NCBI GenBank assembly: GCA_951406725.2
Contig: OX597814.1
Coordinates: 52,328,001-52,392,000 of the forward strand
From: Octopus vulgaris
Taxonomy: Eukaryota
Length of the DNA: 64,000 bases
Direction: 5' to 3'
Position 1 is the first letter of the stretch; every line of letters starts with the position of its first letter. Below are positions 13,215 to 26,190 of this stretch, one piece after another. The notes below the pieces were generated by a model that saw only the letters and a list, made by a program, of their open reading frames with translations, had not been told where the DNA came from and made no database searches. The translations under genes and the position numbers were made by a program.

Positions 13215-13560
13215 CCAACCACATGGTTCCAGGTTCAGTCCCACTGTGTGACACCTTGGTTAAGTGTCTTCTACTATAGCCTCAGGCTGACCAAAGTTTT
13301 GTGAGAGGATCTGGTAGACAGAAACTGAAATAAGCCTGTCATATATCTGTGTGTGTGTGTGTCTGTTTGTCTCCCACCACTGCTTGACAACCAATGATGG
13401 TGTATTTATGTGCCCGTAACTTAGCAGTTTGGCAAAAGGAACCAATAAAATAAGTATCAGGCTTAAAAAAATAAGAAGAACTGGGGTTGATTCATTCAAC
13501 TAAAAATTTTTCAAGGCGATGTCCCAGCATGGCCACAGGTAAAAGGCAAACGATAAAAGC
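13215..13560 (+). mobile_element. SINE (same head, alternative body)
   Basis: ccaaccacatggttccaggttcagtcccactg...ataagtatcaggc...cccagcatggccacag. Confidence 0.8.
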
Positions 13561-13639
13561 TACATACAACAATTATTTGGTAGGTGTGAATGAGGTGAGG
13601 GTTACAATTAAGAAGTTTGGAAAAGAAATGTGAACTTAC

Positions 13640-13758
13640 TGCATCTGAATCCGTTTGTTTTTGGTTGACTTCTTTTTTCATGGCACGTATCTGATTTCTC
13701 TGCTTATCGATAGTTTCTTTCAATCTGGTCAACACCTGCAATTCTTCTTCTTCTTTTC
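13640..13758 (-). CDS. RILPL1: RILP-like protein exon (coiled coil): RKEEEELQVLTRLKETIDKQRNQIRAMKKEVNQKQTDSDA
   Basis: Acceptor tttttatctttatcaag|GA and donor GCA|gtaagt; 119 nt, phase 1 to 0. Resembles RILPL1 ERQVMKKLKEVVDKQRDEIRA. Confidence 0.9.
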
Positions 13759-16424
13759 CTTGATAAAGATAAAAAGAAAAGGAAAATATTCATTATATCC
13801 AGTTTATCTTCATGAAGTAAAATATCTCCAAGCAAAAAAGTAAGCAAATATTTCCAGCAACATTTGATGAAAAAAACATTAAGGAAAAAAAAACAAAAAA
13901 AAACTATCCCCTATGCAATGACAAATAGGTTAGAAATGTGCTAATTAATACTTTAAAAGTATTCTGCATCATAAACTAGGATGGTATTTGTGTTATGATT
14001 TCAAGCTTGTTGAGCAAAATGTGTAGAAAGTTTATAGAGTTAGAAATGATGTGCCACTCAATTAACAAGAATGGATAGTAGGCACAGGAGAAGAGATATT
14101 GTAAGAGAGTAGAAAGTAATCTGAACACAGGAAGACAGATGAGAACCTGGAGATCATTTATACTGGTTTGAAGGTGTTACAATCTGCAAAGAACAGATTA
14201 GTTGTGGAACAAGAAGAAGAAAAAGAATTTAATAAACTTGTAGTTATGAGTTTCTGACAAAACTCAATCAGTTGAATTTTTTTTTTTTTTTTGTATTTTT
14301 ATTTGTCACCACCAAGTCACTCAGAAAAAACATGATTAAAAGCCATCCTGTCACATTTTCCACTAGCTTTTAGATTAACAATGCCAGCATAACCTACTTG
14401 TCACTTGATTATTATATATTTTCCTAATTGAAAAGAAAACTGCAAGAGGAAAAGAAAACCCATGCCTTAAGCACACATACAATCAAGCATACATAACACA
14501 CATACAGATTCAACACAAAAAGCAGGCATTTCCTGATGCAAAATTCAAGCAAAATATATAAACAGTTACACTATCTAATCTATAAGCTTAACATTAAATT
14601 CATTATGGACTATGCTAGACCTGCTTGGACCTTTAAAACTCTCTACCATTAAACACAATAAATTACATACCACACAAAACAGTAATCTTTGTATCATAAA
14701 AGACTGAACTTACATATTTGCACCTATTGACCACCTACATCAAGCAAAAGTAATAACGCTAAAATGCTATGTGGACATGCATGACTTGTGATAGAAGTAA
14801 GCTCAAACATAAAAAACTTTTCAGTAACATGTCTAACTTTCCCAAATTAACTAATTATGTTTATCATCACTCCAGCACTCTACAAAAGTACAATGTTGAA
14901 ATGCTACCTCTATCTTTAAAAAAAATTTTAAGACTTAACCTAAGAATGTAACATCCTTTACAGTATCTCTAAGACTACTGTGAAAAAGAAAGGAACACTG
15001 GTCCAATGCTTGCTGTAGAGAGGACTTTATTATACTATATGGGAGATTAACTCTACCATAAAAAAACTGTTTATTTGATGGGCTTCTGTTCACTTGTCTA
15101 CCCAATTTTGTTTCAGAGCTTGGGTTAACTCAAGTCATATGTTATGTTCAATGCAGGCATGGGTTGGATGGTTTGATAGGATTTCCTGTGTCCAAGAAGT
15201 GCATTTGCTCCAACATCTACTTTGGCATGGTTTCTATGGCTGGATGCCCTGCCTAACACCAACCATTTTAGGAAGGGTATCCAGTCTTAGAGATCATGCC
15301 AAAGTGGACTGTAGGAGTAAACCCAGAACTATGTGATAAAAAAAGGAAACATCTTAACAGAGCCATATTAGATCCTGATATCTCCTGCACTTATTAGATC
15401 CTGTTATCTCCCGACCCATACTTATATAAATAGCTGTAGTATTGATTGCTTGAAACCAGACACTAGGCACTTGCAAAAATTATTGTTGACTAGGATGTCA
15501 AAAGTAGATTGCTACAACAAAGTAGGGCCTTGAAGATACCTCTTATCCTCAACCCCAAACCTATTATAGGCTATCAGTGATCTCTCTGAGAGGTCAAATA
15601 TAATGATCACCAGATCAAGCAAGCAATCAGAAGACAGAAAAGACTGTCAGTCAGTTAAGCTCCAATATTTTACTGGATTACAACCAATAATAAATCCTGG
15701 GTATTGAGGCTGTTGAACACTAATCAAGTCTACCTACCTCTTCTCTATTGTTGTTAACCACCAGAGCTTACATCCATACACAAACAAGTCAGACAACAAC
15801 ATCAAATGCAACATGCTTCAATTTCTACATCACAACCTATGTTACACAAATTACATTACAGCATAGTCTCAAACTAAAATAAAAACTAGACATATTTAAA
15901 ATGCTGAGCTTGTAAGTTTCTCTCAACATATCTGATAATCTACTTTTATGACAGATATATAAAAAAACAGAAATGGATATTGTTACTTTACGACTATATC
16001 CACAATTTCTAATACTAAAAACATTATAACCATCATCACAACAAGAGAAGCTTCTGTGAAATACAAATACTATAATGAATTCTTTAAAAACACTCAAGTT
16101 GAGAAGATAGTGGTAGGCCTCTTTTGTTTGATTTTAATTCAACAGACACGCACGCACATGCACACACACGCACATGCACACACACACACGCGCACACACA
16201 CACACACACACACACAGCACATCATCATGACCAAACATCTCATGAAACCAATAAGAGAGTCTCTATGTGGTTGTTTACTTGAAATAACAGTCAAATTTCC
16301 CTCCTATTCTTAAAAAAGAAAGGAATCCTCGGATAATGGAGTCTTAGGTGTCTGAAAAAGAAATAGACAGATGGTTGGAATACCTTTGATCATTATTCTG
16401 ATCAATTAGTTTGACTTGAGACTA

Positions 16425-16730
16425 AATAACAATAACAAACAATTTGATCATCTGTATCATATGCTCAAGCAGCCCAGCTGGGGCTATCATCAACAACATC
16501 TCAACTATTACCATACTTAACATCACCATAACCATTACAATCAAAATCATAGTGATCAACACCAACAGAAACATCACCACAGTCGACATCCCCACAATCA
16601 TCTGTATAGTTAACATTACTGCAACTCTCACAGTGGTCGTCGACACCACTGCAACCATCACTGTGATCAACATATAATGAACAGCACCATGGCTACCACC
16701 ATAGTAAACACTTTTGTAACCATCACTACA
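16425..16730. repeat. Degenerate trinucleotide (CAT/CAC/AAC) low-complexity tract
   Basis: Triplet periodicity produces Ile/Thr-rich and Val/Met-rich pseudo-ORFs on the two strands. Confidence 0.7.
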
Positions 16731-18252
16731 GAAAGTAGTGCTACTCTATTGGCAGAATTGTTAGAGCTTGGGACAAAATGCCTTGTGGTATTTACTCTGG
16801 CTTTCTGCACTGCAAATTCAAATCCCACTGAGGTCAACTTTTCTTTTCATCCCTTCAGGATTCATGAATGAAAATATTGGTCCAGGACACTGGATTGGCA
16901 GAACTGTTAAAGCGTTAGACTGGGTGCTTTGCTGCATTTTTTCATTTGTTCCAGTTCTTTTTATTTTAAGTTGTTGGCTGGTAGACCTCAATCCATTGCC
17001 TAGTTTAGCACCACCATCTGGTCTTTGAGTGCCTTTAGTAGAATTCATTCTGTTGCAAGCCCCTGGGCCAGGTTTCTTGTTTGAGGATAACATCTTCCAT
17101 TCATCTCACCACTCTCAGAAGCCCTGAAAAAATAAAGGCTCGTCAGTGTTGCCTATCCCTCTGGTTAATCAGTAAGAAAAAAAAAAAAAAGGAAAATGAT
17201 GGTAAATACTGCCACAACCTTTGGCATGGTAAACACCAGTATATCACAGCAGGTTTCTTTGAGAAAGCAAGAAGTGAAAATGACCAAAATACAGTAACAT
17301 CAGTGAAAGAAAGCATTATAGGGCATGCACAGTTAATGGTATGGTATTTGAAAGAAAAGTGGAAGAATAAATGAGTATGGTAAAATAAATGAATGAAATT
17401 GGATAAAGCATGCTTGGCTATAGCTGGACAGAAATATTGGGTGAGGATGGTAGTGCAATTAGCATTTGTGAGATGCAAATGCCATAATGAATTTTCTTAG
17501 AAAGGTACAGTTGAGATGGAATCTCAGTGCTTCGTTTGGATCTCAATTTGTATACACAAACACAAATATGCCTATACATTTCTATGTAGGTAATATGTAG
17601 AAGTATATATGTATGCACTTATGTGTGTATATAGATCACATATGTTTGTAGTTTAAGTGCTCTTTGTTGTATGTAAACATTTTCAATGACAGTTATACAT
17701 ATCTTGTGAGAGTTTGTTAATACGTATATACATTTAGTTATTAGTCTACTAGTTCAAGAAACAATTTTATAAGTCCAAGTGTATAAGTTGATTATTAAAA
17801 TTATTAATAAATATGGCTGTTAATATAATAATTAATAATATTAATTCATCTTAAAACTTATTTATCTCAAGAACCTAATGTCTTCAAATTTTTCTTGTTA
17901 TTCATAGCTAGTAGAAAGCATCAATTAATGAATACGTATGTTGGTTTCAAAGAATTTGAACAGTTGTGTTCTTCATATCTTAAGTTAATGAAAGTGAAGT
18001 GAAATGGCTTCTACTGGATTCCAGGCTTAGCACATTGAAAGCTTACTGCCATTTTTTGGCACCTCAGAAAATGAGATGAAAGAAAATTTAAGGGGCTTCA
18101 TTATCTTGGGTAAGATGGGACTCAGATGCCCTCCTTGACACCAACCTTTTTAGTCACTTCTTAATATTAATATTAAGTAATGTTAACCAAATTGGTAAAT
18201 TATTGAGAATTATTTTACATTATTATATCATTGATAATTATATTATATTAGT

Positions 18253-18760
18253 ATCATCATCATCATCATCATCATCATTTAACGTCCGCTTTCCATGCTA
18301 GCATGGGTTGGACGGTTCAACTGGGGTCTGGGGAGCCCGAAAGCTGCACCAGTCCAGTCAGATCTGGCAGTGTTTCTACAGCTGGATGCCCTTCCTAACG
18401 CCAACCACTCCAAGAGTGTAGTGGGTGATTTTATGTGCCACCGACACAGGTGCCAGACGAGGCTGGCAAACGGCCACGCTCGAATGGTGTTTTTTATGTG
18501 CCACCGACACAGGTGCCAGACGAGGCTGGCAGACGGCCACGCTCGGATGGTGTTTTTATGTGCCACTGACACAGGTGCCAGATGAGGCTGGCAAATGGCC
18601 ACGATCGGATGGTGTTTGTTACGTGCCCACAGCACGGAGGCCAGTCGATGCGGTACTGGCTACGGCCACGTTCGGATGGTTTTCTTGTGTGCCACGTGCC
18701 ACCAGCACTGGTACCACAAAGATACAAATTCCATTGATGTTCATCTATTTTGATATTATT
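18253..18760 (-). mobile_element. SINE/LINE-tail element with internal tandem repeats
   Basis: (CAT)n followed by tttaacgtccgctttccatgctagcatgggttggacgg. Relatives at ~2330-2690, 33915-34095, 45560-45725, 54420-54640, 56520-56620 and 62380-62730. Confidence 0.75.
18430..18715. repeat. ~63-bp tandem repeat, about 4.5 copies
   Basis: Units start tatgtgcca at 18432, 18495 and 18557, and tacgtgccc at 18620. Confidence 0.9.
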
Positions 18761-19214
18761 GTTAATTATTTTATAACTTGGAAAAATGAATGACAAAATT
18801 AACTCTGGTGTGATTTGACTATAGAAGAATGAGTGACTGATCTAGAATAAAACTCAACTGCATAAGACAATGGTTTGCTACCAAGCTAAACTACAGTATT
18901 TAACAATAACAACTGTATAAGGTTATACCATGTAATAAACAGTCCTTTTTTAACATCTTTCTTACTTATTGTATATCATAATCACAATCCATGAACTTGT
19001 TAAGCAGGATAATTATGATTCTACATAAAGTAAAAACAAATTTCCAGGTTCAGACATATTTAATTATCCCCAAGTGAAGATAAACAGACACAAATCTAAA
19101 GACGGGTACAATCCTAAACTTGTTAAAACAAAAGATAAAATAAAGGCAATTACCACACATTCTCACAAAAATTTTACAACTTTCAAAATAAACCTTTGTA
19201 AATTGAGATCACCT

Positions 19215-19420
19215 TGATAATCCTCATCGTCAGTTACGAGTTCATTTTTTTCATGCTGGCTTAAAGTTGAAGGGATCTGCAAGACCTTATATTTCCATGC
19301 AACTCTATCAAGCATCATACCTTTGAAATTCACATTGCTTTGATCTATTCTGTCCAACATCTCCTAATTATCCCATGCCAATTCTTCACTCAAATCAATC
19401 CTATCTACTGTAATTTTTAT
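19215..19420 (-). mobile_element. RTE-like LINE extreme 3' fragment
   Basis: MMLDRVAWK motif (DR..W typical of RTE C-termini) followed by a GAT-like tail. Confidence 0.45.
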
Positions 19421-20144
19421 CACTGGGTCGTTATTTCTTGATCATCAAATCCCATTTGTTGGGACTATATATCTTTATGCATGTAGTTAATATCAGTTAA
19501 TATCTCTGCTATATACACTTGTCAAATGCGTCTAGTAAAAGTTACAGCATAATCTATGTCATATTGGATTTTGCTATCAATAGAATAATATTAACTATGA
19601 ATTTAAGATTTGAGATCAATACTTTTATTTAAAAGATTATTTCAATTTAATACCAAACCTTTAAATTTTAAAAAGGTTAACTTTATTCAACAGTCGATTA
19701 TATATTTTCCCATAGTGTAACTTATGTCATTAACACTAAAGCTATTACAGAAATTTAGCCATGCAAAAGACAAACTAACAAATGACAAGGAACTATATTA
19801 CATATTTTATGATAAAAATCAAGTAAAGAATTGACAAATAGTGTTCTCACCACCTGCACCTTAAAAAGTTCAATTTAAGAATATCTGACAATTATCAAAG
19901 TTTAGGGTGTATATTTACTAATCAATAACTTTCTTGTGTCTAAATAAAATTATAAAGTAAGCAACCAGTCAACTAAAATTTTCTTAGGTATTTTTCTATT
20001 ATTGAAAAAAAAAAAAAACATAGCTGACACTAACTGTTCAAGTTATCAAAAATAAGCTATTTTTACTTAATTTTAAAACTAAAAAAAAAAAGTAAAGAAA
20101 AAACAAAACGAAGCACTGTGATAAGGTTGCTATAAAATACATAC

Positions 20145-20180
20145 GTGGAGGTGCCGAGGCCTCAGCTTCTGTTGTAAAGA
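20145..20180 (-). CDS. RILPL1: RILP-like protein, putative 36-nt microexon (I)FTTEAEASAPP(R)
   Basis: Acceptor ttcactttcag|TC and donor CAC|gtatgt. Symmetric phase 1-1, matching both neighbouring exons, with no stop. GC-rich island in very AT-rich intron. Confidence 0.65.
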
Positions 20181-21337
20181 CTGAAAGTGAATATATACAA
20201 GCAGAATTATTAATTACAAAATAATAAAGCTAGAAGCAATGGTCCTATATTTAGTCCAAAGTAGAAAGAAAGAGGGAGTAGAATTATCTCAGTCACCCAA
20301 ACACACACAAAATAGAATGAAGTAACAATATTTATCTTTTCATGGATTTTCCTCTTGGATTTCAGTTCAATTTCTACTATTTATATGTTTTAGCCTCGTT
20401 GTAAAAAGCCTAAATGTTTCTGAAAACATTTGAAACAGTTTGCCATATAATATATGCTTTTCTAGGTTCTTGATTAAGATACATATTTGACTAGAAGTTT
20501 TGTTGTTGAATGTTTTTAAGAGAACCTACAATGGATAAAGTGAGGTAGTCATATTTACCACATCATATTCATAAGAATAGCTGCCTTCCTAGATATAAGA
20601 ACTATCTTCATTGCACAGAATACTAATTATTGATTTTAGAGCTACCATTACCTTAGTGTACATCTGGATAGGCTGATATGCTTAAATTAGAAATTTCAAG
20701 TTTAAGTTTCATTTTAAAAGATGTATCTCTTTTTATGAATATGATGGTTAAAGGTTTGATCAGATGAAATGGAGGATTTTAAACTCAGTAGCTCCCAACA
20801 ATATTTTTATGTTAATGAACTACCTGAAACAATAATTCCAGAAAAGGTAACTGTAGCAATTTGACTGGTGTAGAAAAAGATCATTTGTAAAAATCAAATT
20901 CAGTATTGTAAAAATCTAAAATTTTGTAGCAGGATATAAATTTTGGGAAATTTCATATGCTGATTATAACAAAATAGTCTCTTGTCGAGGAACTGACTGT
21001 AATTTTAAGCAGTATAGTTGAATTAATCAATTAGTACAAGCTAAAAAGCTATATCAGTACAGTTTATCTAACTATAAGGGACATTGTTCTTGGTTCAGAC
21101 AGGGAAGATTATAATCTGCTATGACATGTTTGCCAAATTTTAACATAAAAACAGTTAGAAATAAGATTAGAGGATGGAAGTTCTGTGAATTATTACTTCC
21201 ACCATTTTCACTTCAAGTTGGAACCACTTTTGCTTAAATCACCATTACTTTTTTCATAAAGTCAAAGTATGTTACAACTTATTGTTTCCATCACTCATAA
21301 GTTTGAGTAATAATAGTATAAGTTACCATTATCACTC

Positions 21338-22050
21338 TCATCATCATCATCCTTCGACCAACTTATGGCTGGTCGAAACTCCATTGACAATCCCTTTCCT
21401 ACATTGCTGCATTCAGATCTCTAATATCCAGCCTTGAGTCTCAAGATATAGTATCTGGAAATGTCAGTCTCCTGGAGAAAACACTTCCAGAGGGATGCCA
21501 TAGGAGCAGGGATGAGATAACCTCTTTCTCTGCCCAATGACAGTGGCAAGCAAATTGTAGCCGTTTCTGCTTTAGCTTGAGGGATATTGGTATCAGATTT
21601 CCATGGATGTTACTAACTGTTGGGCGTGATCTCCAACTGATGTTCTGTATCTTTCTGAGCAGGTTGGGATATGTTCCATCTAGGTGTTTTTTCTAAGAGA
21701 GCTGATAAGGTTCAGGTCTCTGATCCATAGAGAAGGACAGGCTCAATCAGTGTTCTAAATATTTTAACTTTTGATGTGGGTGGAAAGTTTGAGTGCCAGA
21801 TCTTATCAAGTCTGTTACATGCATCCCAAACAAGATCTTTGTGGATGCAAAAGTCCTTTTGGAAGTCAACTATATGTGATCCAAGATATTTAAAGTTGTC
21901 AGTTAACTTGGAAGAGGTCATGATAAACTCTCTCTTACTCTCATTGCAGTAAAGGCCAACCTAGTTTGCTGTTTTCTCCAGTGCTTGTAACAAAGATTCT
22001 GCATCTTTAATACAATGGGAAATCAAGGCAAGATTGTCAGCAAAATCAAT
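21338..22050 (-). mobile_element. RTE-clade LINE fragment, related to the 30601 copy
   Basis: FADNLALISHCIKDAESLLQALEK (ADD-motif-like), NFKYLGSHI, KIFRTLIEPVLLYGSET, and a (GAT)n tail. Confidence 0.85.
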
Positions 22051-25000
22051 GGTATAATAACGAAAGCATTACCATTATCACTCTAACCTGCTTCCCTGAC
22101 ATCAACGTTAAGATTAACACTATTACAGCCACCACCAACTGATAGTTCAGTCTATTAAAAGTTCAGAGTAACTGGAAAAAGCAACAAAACCTCTGACTGT
22201 GGTAATGGGAAAGGTATATCTTGGCATATAGTAAGAGTACATCAGTAAGGCAGTGAGTTGGAAAGTTTGCAGATATATATTGTATTTTAGAACAGACACC
22301 TTTGCCAATAATTAAATACATACACTGACTGTTATACATTTCTTTATTCTATAATTATTTGATTATCGGTGTCAAAATATTTTTCTTATCACATTTCTAT
22401 AACCAGTCCACTGATCTCTATTATGTAAGGAAACTGATAAAAGACTTTGATATGCTTAATCAAATAATTATATAATTAAAAAAATGAAAAGATAACAGTG
22501 CATGTGTATAATTATAGAAAAACATAACTCTTCTAAAACACAATATTTGTTCCAAAGACAAACACATGTATATATGTATTGTTACACACGCACACACGCA
22601 CGCACGCACAAAGAAAACAAAAAGGAGCCAAATGTTGCAGAGATGTAAGTATGATTTGCTAGGTTGTGTGCCACAAATCACAGAAGAAACATTTGTTAAA
22701 GTACTGCTCCTTGGAGAGGAACTACCTTTATTATAGAATTAGAACAGTTCTGATCTAAAAGATTTGCAAGGTTGAACCATTCTGGGACAGTTAATATTTA
22801 CTGTAATTTTTTTAAAGTCTGGTATTGTGGGTAGGCACTTCAAAATCCTGATGCCACAATGTTGGCCTTCAATTATTGGATCAGAAAAATATTTCAGAGG
22901 AATGTAATTCTGGAGAGGAATTATTAGACAAATTGTCATGGTAGTAAGAAGATTATGAAAGGAGAGAAAACTGAATGGGTATACGATATAGGAACTGCTT
23001 AGTGTTACAGAGAAGTATAAGCTATAATGGTAATCAAAACAAGAGTGAAATGTAACAGCCTGATAGTGGACAAAATGGTTATTATAGCCATTGAGAGGTG
23101 TCCTAAAATTTAACAAATATAACTTTATCTCACAAGACACTTTATGGAGATTACACAGTATCTCACTTCCTGAAGATTATACAGGTTTTCACATCCTAGA
23201 GATTATATAATCTATTTCAGAGTGCATCAACATCATTTTATGTCTGCTTTCTATGTGGACATGAATTGGTCTAATCATCACAGCTTGAGTCAGTTCTTAT
23301 TCAAATTTACTGCTCTCCTCTATAGTTTGGAGGACTATGTCTTACATATATGTTTAAGCTTTGGTATGGTTTCTACAACTGCATACCCTCACTAACACCA
23401 ACCACTTTAAAGAGTGTGACTGAAAGAATTTTATTCTGGCACCAGCACTAGTGGAGTTGCCTATGTCCAGCAAAACTAAGTAGTTCTCACTATGCTATGT
23501 TGTCCCTGTTCAGGGCAATGAGGCCAAGAGGGTGAGTGAAAGAGAATGCATTGGCAGAGCATGAACAAGGAAACAGGGTGAAAGAAATATTATGATGGGA
23601 GAAACAGAATGACTGATGAGAGTGCTTCATAAAAAACTTGCTGAAAGCTCTTCACTCTGCCTACTTGAGAAGTAACACAAGTGGTCAGTAGTCCATTTTA
23701 AAACAACATGCAATAAAACAACCACTGATGAATAAAAACAAAAGATGTTTCATGCCAGCACCATGCTAATAAAAATTATGTGACTTAAATGATCAGACTT
23801 TTGCAGGAGCAGAAAAAAAAAGGCATGTTTAAATTACATTTTATACTTTTGTTATATTTATGATGTTGATAAATGCTCTGTGCAATGTGAAATTAATTAG
23901 AGATTCAATGTAAAAGTGTGGTCTAACACAGGATTTCTAGGGTTTGTGTTTAGCTCCAGATTTAACAGTGTTAAGCAGATAAAATAGTGAGTCACTTTTT
24001 GAAAATGGAACACTAATGCATTCCAGGTAATATATTAACACAGTCTGATAACTATTCCTCACATCTAAGTGGTTCAAAGCAGGTGAAATTAAGTGATTTA
24101 GTAATGCAATTGTTATCATTGGATAACAATAAACTTATGATGCATCAACAACTAGTCTATCTCACTTACTCAGATTTTTGACCACAATTATATATTTTTA
24201 GAAATGTTTATAATCTATCATTTTCTGGGTATTGGTATAGACAAATGGATGTAAAACTTAATACTGAAAGTAATACCAATCTAGACTTTTACCTCTTTTC
24301 TCAACTCAAAATAGGTCAGTCTTTGTCTTAGAAATCCAGAATTTTTCATGACTTGTTTGAAAATGTATCTAACAACTGGATTGTGCTTTTTAATGTCAGG
24401 TTATTAGCCATAAAAATAAGTGAAATCTATCTTATGACTGAGTAAACTGAGTCAAATAATGTAACTGAGTTACTGGTATAGCTCAATATCTGGTTTTGGA
24501 TCCACCAACTAATATCCCATATCGGCTGCAGTTCTTAAGCATGTTTATATGCAGCTAACAGTGTCAAACAATATCCTCACATAAGCAGATTTACTACACT
24601 AACATATAAGTTTGATTAAAAATAAACCAATAATAAAATCCTGAAAGTAAATTAAGGTCTTATATTAAGATATATATATTTTTTAAGACATATAATTTGA
24701 AAGTGCTGTTATTTGAGAAAAAAAATAGTTTAAAAGCTACCAACTTGGATTTCTTATATTTACAAATGAATTGCAACAGAAATATTAAAGTATTACTAAA
24801 CTAACAACTTTCAATTGCTAAAGATGACAAACATCATGATACTGTGTATGCCAGTGTATAAGACACATGTAGCAAAAACTTACCATGCATCTGATACAAC
24901 TGTATTGTGGATGGGATACCAAGTGTATAATGAAACAAATGAAATTTGTTTTTTCCACATAAAAGTAAGAGTTTATCTTATGTGAGAATGTACCATATAC

Positions 25001-25299
25001 ACTGGCAATCAAACTAATACTATAGGTTACTAGTTATACTACAGCCACCTAAATTCTGTTTTGTTTTTAGCTTATTCAACTAATCATAAGACATCAGTTT
25101 ATTATCACCAACTTCTTTACCCTTCTACCAAATCCTAGTATCAACTGTAGTCACAATGGTTCTTATTCTAAGGTAATTCTAATTTACATCTTAGAGCAAT
25201 TGAACTTCATTACTGAGATCAGGAAGCAGATAGTTTCCTACTATGCAGAAGGTTCAGAAGGAAGGAATGACCCTAGTGTTGATAATATGAGAAAATACA

Positions 25300-26190
25300 A
25301 TATTGTTATAGTTGGGGATGGTCATATTTTGTCAATTAAACACATGCATTATATGGTTGGTCTTTACTTTTAGCTTTATTATTTTTTTTACGTTTCTTTG
25401 TCAAAGCTCTTTTGTCATACGTTCTGTGACCTCTTCAGCGACTCTTTATCCCACGTATCTCCTTTTGTTCTGCTTAGTCCATTTTGTCCTTCTGTAGTAT
25501 CCTTATCTGCACATGTTTTTGTGTCTGTATCTGTGTGAGTGTGTGTGTGCACACGTGTCTGTGTTTAGTATGTGTGTTTCATTGTGTTTCATGTGCGTGT
25601 ATATGAGTTTGCTTACAAGACTCCTTGTACTCATGTCTCTCATTTGATTATTATATTTATTTGTTTATTTGGTTTTTGTTTGCTCTTTCTTTTTTCTCAT
25701 TCTATCTTTAATATGTATGTGTGTGTATATATATGGATTTATGTATTATATGTTTGTATCTGTGTCTTTTCTTCTTCTCTCATTCTATCTTTATTCATCA
25801 GGTTGTGTAGTGTGGTGGAGTGGAGGGATGTTATTATTCCATTCATGCTTTCTGTTGAGGCTTGGCCTGTCTATTACTATGTGTGTGGCTTCTGTAATCT
25901 AAGTGTCATGTCTGTTCTATGTGTTGATAATATCTTGATATCTACATTATTAACCAAGCTTCCATGTTCAAGAGGAGCCGTGTGGGATAAAGAGTTGTTG
26001 AAGAGGTCACAGGATATATGATAGAAGAGCTTTGACAAAGGACACTAAAATAAAAATAATAATAAAACTGAAGTAAAGACCAAAGATATAGTGTCTGTGT
26101 TTATTAGCAAAATATAACCATCCTCAAGTATAACAATATCTGCTTCAACACATGATTTCACATCAAGAATCTTGCAAAACAAATACAAAA
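25300..26190. mobile_element. Non-autonomous element with ~110-bp imperfect inverted repeats (MITE-like)
   Basis: 25300-25410 (atattgttatagttggggatgg...tcaaagctctt) is the reverse complement of 26024-26139. The extension aagaatcttgcaaa recurs at ~1708 and ~32184. Confidence 0.65.

Noticed and set aside
16422-16871. Ile/Thr-rich and Val/Met-rich ORFs on both strands
   Set aside because: Products of a degenerate trinucleotide repeat.
16950-17150. CTGAC branch point and ttttttcag acceptor before a GC-richer block; also CTGACGA
   Set aside because: A stop occurs within 8 codons in the required phase. No GAAA or stems for a hammerhead. Probably an unclassified repeat.
18430-18715. Regular repeats resembling a CRISPR array, with overlapping 96-122 aa ORFs
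   Set aside because: The units are contiguous tandem copies without unique spacers, inside a eukaryotic retroposon. No cas genes. The ORFs are repeat artefacts.
25572-26021. 149-aa hydrophobic ORF
   Set aside because: TG/T-rich interior of a MITE-like element; the composition explains the hydrophobicity.
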